Shown: positions 29,885 through 39,224 of the stretch, piece by piece
How positions within the stretch are numbered: the stretch's first letter is position 1
How the letters are laid out: each line of letters starts with the position of its first letter
Source: an uncultured bacterium
GTDB taxonomy: Bacteria > Acidobacteriota > HRBIN11 > JAKEFK01
Direction of reading: 5' to 3'
DNA length: 64,000 nucleotides
Assembly (NCBI GenBank): GCA_963843285.1
Contig: CAWJJO010000012.1
Span: forward strand, 60,864-124,863
Made by a program: the position numbers and the translations under genes
The notes under the pieces: generated by a model
What the model was told of the DNA's origin: nothing
The model's database searches: none
What the model saw: the letters and a program-made list of their open reading frames with translations, nothing else

Positions 29885-32398
29885 TCAGCTTTCTTCGGAT
29901 GAGTCCGTAACCGGTTTTATGTTCCATATTTTCTCACAGTATTCGCGTATGGAACGGTCGGAGGAAAACTTTCCCATCCCTGCTGCGTTCAGGATCGACA
30001 TGCGCACCCAGCGTTCCTCGTCGCGATAGGCCGAACTCACCTGATCCTGGCACTCAATGTAGGACTGATAGTCTGCCAGGAGCAGGAACGGATCCTGGTC
30101 TAACAGGTTGTCCACAAGAGGTTTGAAGAGTTCCGTGTCTCCACGCGAGAAATGTCCGGAACGTATCTGATCGATCACCTCTCTGAGTTGGGGATTCGAA
30201 TCATAATAGCTGCGCGAATGATAACCTCCGTCCTTCAGAGCTTGAACTTCGCTTGCGGTCAGGCCGAAAAGGAAGAAGTTTTCGGGGCCTACCTGCTCGC
30301 GAATCTCCACATTCGCTCCGTCCAGCGTACCGATCGTGAGGGCACCGTTCATCGAGAACTTCATGTTTCCGGTTCCTGAGGCCTCTTTGCCGGCGGTTGA
30401 TATCTGCTCCGAAAGATCTGCCGCAGGATAAACAAAATGAGCGTTCTTCACATTGAAGTCCGGGAAGAAAATGATCTTCAGTCTGCCGGCAACGCTGGAG
30501 TCGTTGTTCACAACCTCGGCCACAGAATTGATTAATTTGATGATCAGCTTGGCCATGACGTAGCCGGGAGCAGCTTTACCGCCAAAGATGACCGTACGCG
30601 GGACGATTTCCTGTGCCGGATTTTTTCTGATTCTGTTGTACAGGGTAATGAGATGGAGTATGTTCAGATGTTGCCGTTTGTATTCGTGGAAACGCTTCAC
30701 CTGGATATCGAACATCGTATCAGGGTCTGCAGTAATACCGGTCCTTTCCTTCATGATTGCTGCGAGCCTGCTCTTATTGCTGCCCTTTATTTCCCGCCAC
30801 TTTTTCTGAAATGAGGGATCATCGGCTAAAGGCGCGATCTTTTTGATCTCGTCTTCAAAATGTTTGATCCAGCGGTCGCCGATTGATTTTGTGATCAGAT
30901 CCGCGAGTCCCGGGTTGCTCAGGGCTACCCAGCGTCTCGGAGTAACGCCATTGGTTACGTTCACAAAACGGTCGGGATAGATGTCATACAGATCCTTCAG
31001 TACTGTCTTCGTAAGAAGATCCGTGTGCATGGCGGCCACACCGTTGATCCGGTGGCTTCCTACAGATGCAAGATGGGCCATTCGAATATACTTATCGCCG
31101 CTCTCATCGATCAGCGAGAGACGAGAAACACGCCCGTCATCACCGGGATATCTTCCGCGGACTTCACCGAGAAATCTCCGGTTGATCTCATGAACGATCT
31201 CTATGTGACGGGGAAGCGAGCGGCTGAAAAGCTGGAGGGACCATTTTTCGAGGGCCTCGGGCAGTAACGTATGATTGGTGTAGGCAAGCGTTTGCTGAGT
31301 TATTTTCCAGGCCGAGTCCCAGTCCATACGGTGTTCGTCCACCAGGAGTCGCATCAACTCTGCGACTGCGATAGAAGGATGGGTGTCATTCATTTGAATC
31401 GCAAAACTCTCATGAAACGTATCCAGAGTTTTCCTTCGCGCGAGATGCATGTGAATCATGTCCTGAAGAGAGCAGGAGACAAAGAAATATTGCTGCGCAA
31501 GACGGAGGGTCTTTCCGATTTCGGGTTCGTCGTTCGGATATAGGACCTTGCTCACGGTTTCGGAAATGACCTTTTCGTCAACCGCCTGGTAATAGTCACC
31601 GACATTGAATGCCTCAAAGTCAAAAGACTCGACCGCCTCAGATTTCCAGAGTCTGAGAAGATCTACGATATCGCCGCGGTAAGACGAGACGGGTGTGTCA
31701 TATGCGATGCCTCTGACGACGCGGTTGGGAATCCAGCGGACTCTGAAATCTCCCTTTTCGTCATGAAACTGCTCAGTTCGCCCGCCAAAATTCACGTAAT
31801 AAGAATTTTCGGGCCGGCAAATTTCCCAGGGATTTCCCAGACGAAGCCACTTGTCGGTCTTCTCTACCTGCCACCCATCCTGGATCTCCTGATCAAAGAT
31901 ACCGAACTCATATCGAATTCCGTATCCGATCGCTGGAACGCCCAGCGAAGCAAGCGAATCCATGTAACAAGCAGCAAGCCTCCCGAGCCCACCATTCCCG
32001 AGACCCGGCTCTTCCTCCAATGCAAGAAGTTCGTCCAGTTCCAGACCGAGTTGTTTTATCGCCTTCCGCATTTGCTCGGTGATGCCCAGGTTCAATAAAT
32101 TGTTTCCCAGGTGCGGACCCATCAGAAACTCCGCTGAAAGATAGCATGCGATCTTCACATGAGAGTGAGAAAACCGCTTGAGCGAACGCAGAAAGCGGTC
32201 ATGCATACGATCCCGTACGGTAAAGGCTACTGCCGAATACCAGTCGTTCGGGGTGGCGAGCTCCGGGATGCGGACCTGGCCGTAATGGAGGTTGTCCAGA
32301 ACGGACTGTTTGATCGAGTCGATGCTTGTTCCCGTCCGGATATTTTGCGCTGTTTTAGTGGGTGTTGAAGAAGGTGCCTTTGTTGATTTTATTGCCAT
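29885..32398 (-). CDS. glgP: Glycogen/maltodextrin phosphorylase
   Basis: 837 aa. LGNGGLGRLAAC, the EASGTGNMKF pyridoxal-phosphate Lys region, and a typical GT35 length. Confidence 0.95.
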   Translation of the reverse strand: MAIKSTKAPSSTPTKTAQNIRTGTSIDSIKQSVLDNLHYGQVRIPELATPNDWYSAVAFTVRDRMHDRFLRSLKRFSHSHVKIACYLSAEFLMGPHLGNNLLNLGITEQMRKAIKQLGLELDELLALEEEPGLGNGGLGRLAACYMDSLASLGVPAIGYGIRYEFGIFDQEIQDGWQVEKTDKWLRLGNPWEICRPENSYYVNFGGRTEQFHDEKGDFRVRWIPNRVVRGIAYDTPVSSYRGDIVDLLRLWKSEAVESFDFEAFNVGDYYQAVDEKVISETVSKVLYPNDEPEIGKTLRLAQQYFFVSCSLQDMIHMHLARRKTLDTFHESFAIQMNDTHPSIAVAELMRLLVDEHRMDWDSAWKITQQTLAYTNHTLLPEALEKWSLQLFSRSLPRHIEIVHEINRRFLGEVRGRYPGDDGRVSRLSLIDESGDKYIRMAHLASVGSHRINGVAAMHTDLLTKTVLKDLYDIYPDRFVNVTNGVTPRRWVALSNPGLADLITKSIGDRWIKHFEDEIKKIAPLADDPSFQKKWREIKGSNKSRLAAIMKERTGITADPDTMFDIQVKRFHEYKRQHLNILHLITLYNRIRKNPAQEIVPRTVIFGGKAAPGYVMAKLIIKLINSVAEVVNNDSSVAGRLKIIFFPDFNVKNAHFVYPAADLSEQISTAGKEASGTGNMKFSMNGALTIGTLDGANVEIREQVGPENFFLFGLTASEVQALKDGGYHSRSYYDSNPQLREVIDQIRSGHFSRGDTELFKPLVDNLLDQDPFLLLADYQSYIECQDQVSSAYRDEERWVRMSILNAAGMGKFSSDRSIREYCEKIWNIKPVTDSSEES

Positions 32399-32672
32399 AC
32401 TCTATCCCTCATTTGCGCGTGATAGTCATCTCTGCGTTCAATAATCTAAACAAAACTTACCAGAGTGCAATGTATATGCCAGCGAGGCCCAGGTCTATGG
32501 TCAATATTGCCTGCGTTGGTCGCGCACGTCGTTTTGGAGTGACATAAGTGCGAATCACTTACTCCGCTATGTCGGAGAAGGATACGGTATCCCGTAGGAT
32601 TTCCATTTAGCAAGCCTCATTTGTCAGATCGTCCATAACGGCACAATTCTTGCGACAGAATCAGGTCGAAAT

Positions 32673-33350
32673 ATGAACAGTAATTCCTCATACTGGATCC
32701 ACGCGATAAAAGCTTCCGCTGAACTGGGTGCTGTAGACCGAATCAACGAAATCCTGTTTGGACTCATCATGGTGCTTACGTTCACCTGCTCTATAAGCGC
32801 GGCCACAGGGGGACAGGAAGAGCTTTCTACGATCTTATGGTCCGCTCTGGGATGTAACGTTGCCTGGGGTTTTGTAGATTCTTTCATGTATCTATTTTCC
32901 GTTTTTCTCGAAAGAGGAAAAATGTTCCAGAGCATCCGCAGCATACGAGATGCAACCACAGAGACGAGCGCAAACGAAGCAGTAACGGAAGCACTGCCTC
33001 CTTTTCTTTCTGACCTTTTGAAGAAAGAGCACATCACCTATCTCAGTAATGAGATCAGGCGTTTGCCGCAGCCGCCGGTGAAGGTATCATTGACGTGGCA
33101 CGATCTACGTCAGGCCGTGCTCATATTCTTGATGGTTTTCTTTTCGACCTTTCCTGTGACTCTTCCCTTTGTTTTCATTCACGAAGTTCCAGTCGCCATA
33201 CGAGTTTCGAACGGAATTGCTTTAGTGTTGTTGTTCAGCACCGGTGTTTACCTGGCAAAGGAAACAGGACGAAGAAAGATTCTAATGGGACTTGCCTTCG
33301 CATTCATCGGGTCTGTGATGGTAAGTGTCACGATGGCGTTAGGCGGATGA
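32673..33350 (+). CDS. VIT1/CCC1-family (putative Fe/Mn) membrane transporter
   Basis: 225 aa. The C-terminal half (STFPVTLPFVF...AIRVSNGIALVLLFSTGVYLAKETGRRKILMGLAFAFIGSVMVSVTMALGG) follows the VIT-family pattern. The N-terminal half is less typical. Confidence 0.5.
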   Translation: MNSNSSYWIHAIKASAELGAVDRINEILFGLIMVLTFTCSISAATGGQEELSTILWSALGCNVAWGFVDSFMYLFSVFLERGKMFQSIRSIRDATTETSANEAVTEALPPFLSDLLKKEHITYLSNEIRRLPQPPVKVSLTWHDLRQAVLIFLMVFFSTFPVTLPFVFIHEVPVAIRVSNGIALVLLFSTGVYLAKETGRRKILMGLAFAFIGSVMVSVTMALGG

Positions 33351-33654
33351 TAGAAGAGCTGTATCGCCGGATAGAACAACTACTGGAGGGACATCGGCAG
33401 GTTGCTTGTTTTTGCTTTTCTCCTTGATTCCGGGTATCAGCTGTTTGTGAATTAATTGCCTGCGCCGATCGTCGCTATTGTACTTGCCGTCATTCCCTAT
33501 ATCCTGGTTCGCGGGCCGACAAGACGCTTGCGGCGCAGGTTAGATGCGGCGAAGAAATCAAGAATGTAGTCGCGGGCGTCCCTGACCACGAAAATCTCAT
33601 AGTTGGGAGTCCGGCGGGCACGGAGGCCCGCCGAATCAACCACGCAACAACCTC

Positions 33655-34452
33655 TTATGAAGTAATCCCATATTCGGCAGTCAATTGCCCTGCCTTATTT
33701 TCCAGACTATCCCATCGCGACAGAACGGCGCTCCCTAATGGATGCTCGGTCAAGTAGCTTTTGATTACATCCATCTGTTTGAGGAAATCCTGCATTTCGA
33801 CGCTTAACGGCTTCTTGTCGTTAAACAACTTCTTCATTGTTTCCGCTTTTTTTTCCAGAAGTTTCAGGGATTGCTCGTTGGCATCTCTGGTACTCTTATC
33901 AATGGACGAATCCTTTTTCATTGCGTCCTTGACGTCCTTTCCCAACAACTTGGAGCCTTCTTGCAAACTTTCCATGAGCGCTTTCACTTGCTCATCGGAC
34001 ATGCGCTTGGGCGGCGCGGCGTCATCCCCCAAACTGGTCCCGAATGCTCTCGCCAGACGATCCACATTAGACTTATGGGCTTGCCATTCACTACCGGCTC
34101 CGGCTGCATCCGCATTCCTTGTCATGAATCCATCGAGTTCGTTCGTAATCCTCAAAACATTCAATAAATCACCACTTGGAGTACGTTGTGAATCGAAGGA
34201 ATCTTTGAATCTGTTGAACGATTCCTCGTAGTCACTCATGTATTGTTTTACGTCGACCTGAACTCCAGTACGTGTAGTGACGCTTTGAACCTTCTTAAAG
34301 GCGTCTCGAAACTTGTCACAAGAATTCTTTGCTTCATCCACCAGTTTCTTTACATCGTCATCCCAGAGGCGGACCCCCGGCTGCGCCGAAGCAAACGTGG
34401 TGAGAAGAAACAAAATTGAAATTAGAACAGACACTTGTTTGACCAATCTCAT
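33655..34452 (-). CDS. Secreted alpha-helical hypothetical protein
   Basis: 265 aa. Signal peptide ...TTFASAQP, K/D/E-rich predicted helices, no recognisable family. Confidence 0.5.
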   Translation of the reverse strand: MRLVKQVSVLISILFLLTTFASAQPGVRLWDDDVKKLVDEAKNSCDKFRDAFKKVQSVTTRTGVQVDVKQYMSDYEESFNRFKDSFDSQRTPSGDLLNVLRITNELDGFMTRNADAAGAGSEWQAHKSNVDRLARAFGTSLGDDAAPPKRMSDEQVKALMESLQEGSKLLGKDVKDAMKKDSSIDKSTRDANEQSLKLLEKKAETMKKLFNDKKPLSVEMQDFLKQMDVIKSYLTEHPLGSAVLSRWDSLENKAGQLTAEYGITS

Positions 34453-34467
34453 TGTTTTCTCCTTTTA

Positions 34468-35652
34468 TCAAATTAATCCAAGCAACGACCCTGTATGCCG
34501 GGCAATCATCAATTCTTCGTTCGTAGGAACTACCCATGCCGAAACCCTGCTTTCCGGACGGGAAATCCGCGGACCTTTGCGAGCATTGGCTTCCGCGTCG
34601 AGTTGCACACCCAGCCATTCTGAGGACTCGCAGATTCTCCGGCGGATTTCTGCTGAATTTTCTCCAATGCCCGCAGTAAACACGAAGCCATCCACTCCGC
34701 CCAGGACAGCGGCCAGCGCGCCGATCTCCTTGGAGATGCGGAAAACGAAATAATCTACTGCAAGGCGGGCTTCGGGTTCGCTTCGTCCCAAAAGGTCACG
34801 CATGTCATTACTGATTCCGGAAATCCCGAGCAAACCCGATTTCTTATAAAGAATGGTTTCCACTTCTTTAACAGGAAGTTTCAGGTTCTGAAAAAGATAG
34901 AGAACTATACCAGGATCTATGGCGCCTGGCCTTGTTCCCATACACAGTCCATCGAGCGCGGTGAAGCTCATAGTGCTGTCCACGCTTTTCCCCTCTTTCA
35001 AGGCGCACAGGCTGGCGCCGCTTCCAAGGTGGGCGATGATCACGCGTCCCCCAGCAATCTCCGGAGCTACCTCCGGCATGACCGAGGCGACGTACTCGTA
35101 AGACAGACCATGGAAACCATAGCGCAGCAAACCCGCTTTACAGATCTCCTGTGGCAGCGGAACTACCTCTGCTACCGCCGAATGGCCGCGATGAAAACTC
35201 GTATCGAAGCAGGCAACCTGCGGCGTTTCGGGAAGCCGTTCGAAGACAGCTTCAATTGCCGCGAGATTGTAGGGCTGATGCAGCGGGGCAAGCGGAACGA
35301 GTTCACGTAAATCTTCCAGTACTTCATGGGTCACAACCACTGGCTGGGCGTAACGAGCACCACCGTGAACCACTCGATGGCCGACACCCAGTACTCGTGA
35401 GCCACCATATTCGGATCGGAGCCAGGCAGCCAGAGCATCGATAGCCTTGCGCCCATCTCGTACAGTGGCATCCAGTTTATAGTCGGCGAGAATTGCGCCG
35501 CCGGCGTCCTTCGCGGAAAATCGCGGCGACGTTCCGATACCTTCGATTTGTCCCCGCGCTTCGAGTCGCCAATTTTCGCCGCTTGGCCGCTGGTATACAC
35601 AGAACTTCAGACTCGATGAACCGGCATTGAGTACAAGTGCATAATCATCCAT
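34468..35652 (-). CDS. ackA: Acetate kinase
   Basis: 394 aa. VLNAGSSSLKF N-terminal signature, HRVVHGG, GFHGLS, FTAGIGENS. Confidence 0.93.
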   Translation of the reverse strand: MDDYALVLNAGSSSLKFCVYQRPSGENWRLEARGQIEGIGTSPRFSAKDAGGAILADYKLDATVRDGRKAIDALAAWLRSEYGGSRVLGVGHRVVHGGARYAQPVVVTHEVLEDLRELVPLAPLHQPYNLAAIEAVFERLPETPQVACFDTSFHRGHSAVAEVVPLPQEICKAGLLRYGFHGLSYEYVASVMPEVAPEIAGGRVIIAHLGSGASLCALKEGKSVDSTMSFTALDGLCMGTRPGAIDPGIVLYLFQNLKLPVKEVETILYKKSGLLGISGISNDMRDLLGRSEPEARLAVDYFVFRISKEIGALAAVLGGVDGFVFTAGIGENSAEIRRRICESSEWLGVQLDAEANARKGPRISRPESRVSAWVVPTNEELMIARHTGSLLGLI

Positions 35653-35712
35653 TGTAAAATCCCTCCTAGAAACGCCACCATACTTTCGATGTGCTTCTTG
35701 TTCTACAGGTGC

Positions 35713-35880
35713 TTATCTACCCTTCGCAGTAATCCGGCGCCGCGCAATGGCGCCTTCCGGATGGTTTTTTTGGATGAAATCTCGAACATTGATTTCCTTC
35801 TGCCAGATTCCTGTTTGGAATCCCTGCCATGGTGGAATCACTTTCCCCGGCGTTATCTCTCGTGATGCCGTAATAGCCAT
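35713..35880 (-). pseudogene. pflB: Pyruvate formate-lyase N-terminal stub (about 55 codons)
   Basis: From the ATG at 35880 (SD GGAGGG): [43 protein letters not shown]..., which parallels E. coli PflB residues ~10-45 ([29 protein letters not shown]). The ORF stops after ~55 codons and the ackA RBS follows. The remaining ~700 codons are absent. Confidence 0.65.
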
Positions 35881-36000
35881 TTGGCCCTCCTGCTTCCGTC
35901 TATAGAAAACGGGCTTTCTCAGTCCAAAGGCTTTGCAAGTTACTAGCCAGTTCGAAACATCCGAAACAATCGACGACACTTCAGTTTCGGTCGCGTGCGC

Positions 36001-36133
36001 TTGAAGACCGGGCTACGGAATAAAGGAGGAGACTCCGTAGTTTCGTGGGATCACGCGTTGCTGCCACGGGCGAACGAGTATGGTACTGACGGCATGAAAG
36101 TTGCGTTGCGAATTCAAGTAGAGATTTCAAACT
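36001..36133 (+). repeat. About 130-nt direct repeat / candidate 5' leader element, copy A
   Basis: TTGAAGACCGGGCTACGGAATAAAGGAGGAGACTCCGTAGTTTCGTGGGATCACGCGTTGCTGCC...GACGGCATGAAAGTTGCGTT..., roughly 80-85% identical by eye to 37089-37217. It contains the hairpin CTACGGA-(AUAAAGGAGGAGAC)-TCCGTAG and ends at the GTG start of the CHAD gene. Confidence 0.7.
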
Positions 36134-37111
36134 GTGCAGGATTCGATAGTTCTATGTGTCCGGGAAGCAAACCTTCTGCGGAGGCGTTTGCGTCACTTAC
36201 TCCAATTGCGCGAAGAATTGATCGCCAGGGCAAACGAAGAAACAGTTCATGATATCCGCGTCGCATCGCGGCGGGCGCGGGAAGTTCTCGACTACCTGGA
36301 GACGGTCATACCTGAAAGCTCCTTCAAAAAAATGCAGCGTTGTGCGAAGAATCTCACTTCGAACCTCGGTGAGATGCGGGAAATAGAAGTAAACATGAAA
36401 TTATCGGAAAAACTACAGAAAAAGGAGTTGATTCCCACTGTTGCAGCGGAACTCCTGATGCATTCGCTGATGAAGCGCAAGGAGAAACTTCAACAAAGAG
36501 TGCAGAAGCACATGAAGTTGCGCAATTTTGCGTCTTACCAGAAATTCTTGTCGCGCCTGAAAGGCTCAAGGACTATGCACCCAACGGTCCAGGAGGTCTT
36601 GAAGCGCCGCGGAGATGATTTTTGTGACTTCGATTTAACAGATGGAATGAACGATGAAAGGCTGCATGAATTGAGGATTCTGACCAAGAAGTTCCGCTAC
36701 GCTGCAGAGATCTACAACACCCTTCAACCCCAAAAGCTCGGACGATTTATTCTGCGGCTCAAAAGACTGCAAGAAATTCTGGGTGAAATTCACGACCTTT
36801 TTGTTTTTTCGAACCTGCTGGAGGATGAGAAGCAGAAATGGAATCGCCCGGGACTGAAAATGATTCCCGAAGCGTTGGATCATGCCATTCAAGTGGTATC
36901 CCTGCAAAAAGAGAAGCTGTATCCGCGCGCTCGAATATTATATCAACGAATTCTCGATAGCACTCCGGAAGCGATTAGACCCGTATCCGGCGAGAAGGCG
37001 CAGATTGCGCAGACTTCCGAAGCTCGAAATCCGGGAACAGAAGAACCTGAATCTGGAGTTGATTTCGTGACAGTTTCGGAATCGAACCTTGAAAGCCCGT
37101 CTACGGAATAA
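36134..37111 (+). CDS. CHAD domain protein
   Basis: 325 aa, all-helical. VHDIRVASRRAREVLDY and LHELRILTKKFRYAAEIY are the paired conserved-histidine CHAD motifs. GTG start; the stop codon lies inside repeat copy B. Confidence 0.75.
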   Translation: MQDSIVLCVREANLLRRRLRHLLQLREELIARANEETVHDIRVASRRAREVLDYLETVIPESSFKKMQRCAKNLTSNLGEMREIEVNMKLSEKLQKKELIPTVAAELLMHSLMKRKEKLQQRVQKHMKLRNFASYQKFLSRLKGSRTMHPTVQEVLKRRGDDFCDFDLTDGMNDERLHELRILTKKFRYAAEIYNTLQPQKLGRFILRLKRLQEILGEIHDLFVFSNLLEDEKQKWNRPGLKMIPEALDHAIQVVSLQKEKLYPRARILYQRILDSTPEAIRPVSGEKAQIAQTSEARNPGTEEPESGVDFVTVSESNLESPSTE

Positions 37112-37217
37112 AGGAGGAAACTCGTAGTTTCGTGGGATCCAGCGTTGCTGCCAGGGACGCTCGAGCGGGTAGTGACGGCATAAAAGTTGCGTTACACACA
37201 AAGAAAATTGAAACTAG
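37089..37217 (+). repeat. About 130-nt direct repeat / candidate 5' leader element, copy B
   Basis: TTGAAAGCCCGTCTACGGAATAAAGGAGGAAACTCGTAGTTTCGTGGGATCCAGCGTTGCTGCC...GACGGCATAAAAGTTGCGTT... It overlaps the last codons of the CHAD gene and ends 10 nt before a small ORF. Confidence 0.7.
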
Positions 37218-37227
37218 AGGAGACAAC

Positions 37228-37311
37228 ATGAAATACGGGAGTTCGCTATTGAACATACCCTGCATGGCCCACGAGTGGGAATTGGCATCCTCTTCTGAGA
37301 TAATCTTCTGA
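37228..37311 (+). CDS. Possible 27-codon upstream ORF / leader peptide
   Basis: ATG preceded by GAGGAG (5-nt spacer). It encodes MKYGSSLLNIPCMAHEWELASSSEIIF and stops 26 nt before the PilT-fusion ATG. There is no support beyond the SD and its position. Confidence 0.2.
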   Translation: MKYGSSLLNIPCMAHEWELASSSEIIF

Positions 37312-37337
37312 AGTCATCCCAATCAACGAGGAATTTT

Positions 37338-39167
37338 ATGCAAACAATGCCTCCCAATCCTGAAGTGGTAAACAAATTGGCCGCGTCGTTGCAACGCTGC
37401 GCACTGTTCCAGGGGATGGAACAAAAACTGTTAGCAGCAGTTGCAGCCAAAGCGAGCCTTGTACAGGTAGAGCCGGGAGAATTTCTGACCCGTGAAGGAG
37501 AATCGGCGGATGCTTTTTTTGTCTTTCTAAATGGTCAAGCTTCGGTGATGATCGGGCAAAAAGGAAAAAAAGAGCAAGTCGAGATCGCACAGCTTGGCCC
37601 CGGTGACAGCGTAGGTGAAGTCGCGTTGCTGCTCTCGCAGCCCTATGCGGCTTCTGTAAAGGCAACCAGCCGGATCGTGGCAGCACGCTACGACGCGAAA
37701 CTCTTTGACAAAATGGGAAAAGAGATTCCCGCATTCGGGATAATGCTCGCAAAAGCAATCGGCCGGCGACTCCTGCAAGTGGCCCGAATGATCCCTATTC
37801 CGGAATACAGCAGCCAGGAGGCTCCTTCGGAACAGACACTGAAGCTTCTGCCAATTGATTTCATTCGAAGGCACCGTGTTCTACCGATCAAAAAAGACGG
37901 AAATCGGCTTACTCTAGGATTCTTAGACGAACCCAGCAGTCCGGTTCTGCAGAGCGTTCGTAGTCTCCTGACAGGAATCGAGCTCCGGCCAGTACGAATT
38001 GATTCTACTTTATTCGAATCCGTAATGCGGACACACTCCGGAGCGCTCGAGAAACCGAAGCAGGAAACTCCTCCAAAGAAACAGGAAAAAATCGGTAAGG
38101 CTATTCCGCTTTCGCTCGATGGGCTCCTTCAGTCCATGATGACCGAAGGAGCGTCCGATCTTCATCTCTCCGCCGGCCACCATCCAAGATGGCGCATCGA
38201 TGGTGAACTGATCGATGTCGTAGACGCCCCGGTGTTGGATTCCACTATTGTTTTGCAGCTTTTAACACCTTTGATCGACCAGCGCTACGTCACGCAGTTT
38301 GAAGAAACGAACGATGCAGATTTTGCGTATACGGTTGCGCAAGCTCGATTCCGTGTGAATCTCTTTCGTAATTCCCACGGGACAAGCGCCGTCTTCCGGC
38401 ACATCCCTCTGGCGATTCCAACCCTGGAGCAACTTGGCATGCCGGAAGTCATCGGCCGTTTCTGCAGTGAACCGAAAGGACTCATTCTGGTGACGGGACC
38501 CACCGGGAGCGGGAAATCGACAACTCTTGCAGCAATGGTGGATCTCATCAACAAAACGCGAAAGGAACACATTCTTACACTGGAAGATCCGATTGAATTT
38601 GTTCATCCGAGTCAGGCTGCATTGGTCAATCAGCGGGAAGTAGGTTCGCATACACAAACTTTTTCTCGCGCGTTACGAGCCGCTTTGCGAGAGGATCCCG
38701 ACATTGTCCTCGTTGGTGAAATGCGCGATCTGGAAACCGTCTCCCTGGCATTGGAAACCGCGAATACAGGGCACCTCGTGCTGGCAACGCTCCACACTTC
38801 TACGGCCGCACTGACCGTCGACCGGATCGTGAGCTTCTTTCCATCCGACCAGCAGAATCAAATTCGGTCCACACTGGCGGATGTATTGCGAGGCGTGATC
38901 TGTCAGAATCTCTGCCGCCGCATTGGAGGTGGACGCGTTGCGGCTCTTGAAATTATGGTGGTGAATCCGGCGATCTCCAGTTTGATCCGGGAGGGCAAAA
39001 CGATTCAAATTGCCAACATCATGCAGACGGGAAAAGCACTCGGGAACCAACTTCTCAACGAGTCATTGACCCATTTAATTCAGACTCAGAAAGTAGAATA
39101 CGACGAAGCCCTGAGCAAAGCTGTCGACAAGGCGGACATCGCCCGTAGGATGAAACACACACCGTGA
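37338..39167 (+). CDS. PilT-family hexameric ATPase fused to N-terminal cyclic-nucleotide-binding-like and GspE-N (T2SSE_N) domains
   Basis: 609 aa. Residues ~15-130 form a cNMP/CAP-effector fold (ALFQGM...GDSVGEVALLLSQPYAASVKA). Residues ~165-235 are T2SSE_N-like (LKLLPIDFIRRHRVLPIKKDGNRLTLGFLDEPSSPVLQSV). The C-terminus is a PilT core: Walker A GPTGSGKST, EDPIEF, DPDIVLVGEMRD, TGHLVLATLHT, and the PilT-specific AISSLIREGK. Confidence 0.85.
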   Translation: MQTMPPNPEVVNKLAASLQRCALFQGMEQKLLAAVAAKASLVQVEPGEFLTREGESADAFFVFLNGQASVMIGQKGKKEQVEIAQLGPGDSVGEVALLLSQPYAASVKATSRIVAARYDAKLFDKMGKEIPAFGIMLAKAIGRRLLQVARMIPIPEYSSQEAPSEQTLKLLPIDFIRRHRVLPIKKDGNRLTLGFLDEPSSPVLQSVRSLLTGIELRPVRIDSTLFESVMRTHSGALEKPKQETPPKKQEKIGKAIPLSLDGLLQSMMTEGASDLHLSAGHHPRWRIDGELIDVVDAPVLDSTIVLQLLTPLIDQRYVTQFEETNDADFAYTVAQARFRVNLFRNSHGTSAVFRHIPLAIPTLEQLGMPEVIGRFCSEPKGLILVTGPTGSGKSTTLAAMVDLINKTRKEHILTLEDPIEFVHPSQAALVNQREVGSHTQTFSRALRAALREDPDIVLVGEMRDLETVSLALETANTGHLVLATLHTSTAALTVDRIVSFFPSDQQNQIRSTLADVLRGVICQNLCRRIGGGRVAALEIMVVNPAISSLIREGKTIQIANIMQTGKALGNQLLNESLTHLIQTQKVEYDEALSKAVDKADIARRMKHTP

Positions 39168-39224
39168 TTGCGAGCAAATTCCCTAGCTAGATTCGGGTTG
39201 CAATGCCGGCGCTACCCGGCTTCA

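Noticed and set aside
32580-32592. Perfect 13-nt palindrome GGATACGGTATCC in the glgP/VIT divergent region.
   Set aside because: It occurs once, is short, and has no second copy or associated regulator. Evidence is insufficient to call it an operator.
32480-32672. Possible yybP-ykoY (Mn2+) riboswitch upstream of the VIT-family gene. UUUAGCAAGCC resembles the conserved UUAGCAAGACC, and UGGAGUGAC resembles GGGAGUAGC.
   Set aside because: I could not build the four-way junction or the closing P1 helix. The region folds instead into a simple long hairpin (GGAGU..AAGUG-CGAAU-CACUU-ACUCC). The similarity is limited to two short strings. cmsearch with RF00080 would settle it.
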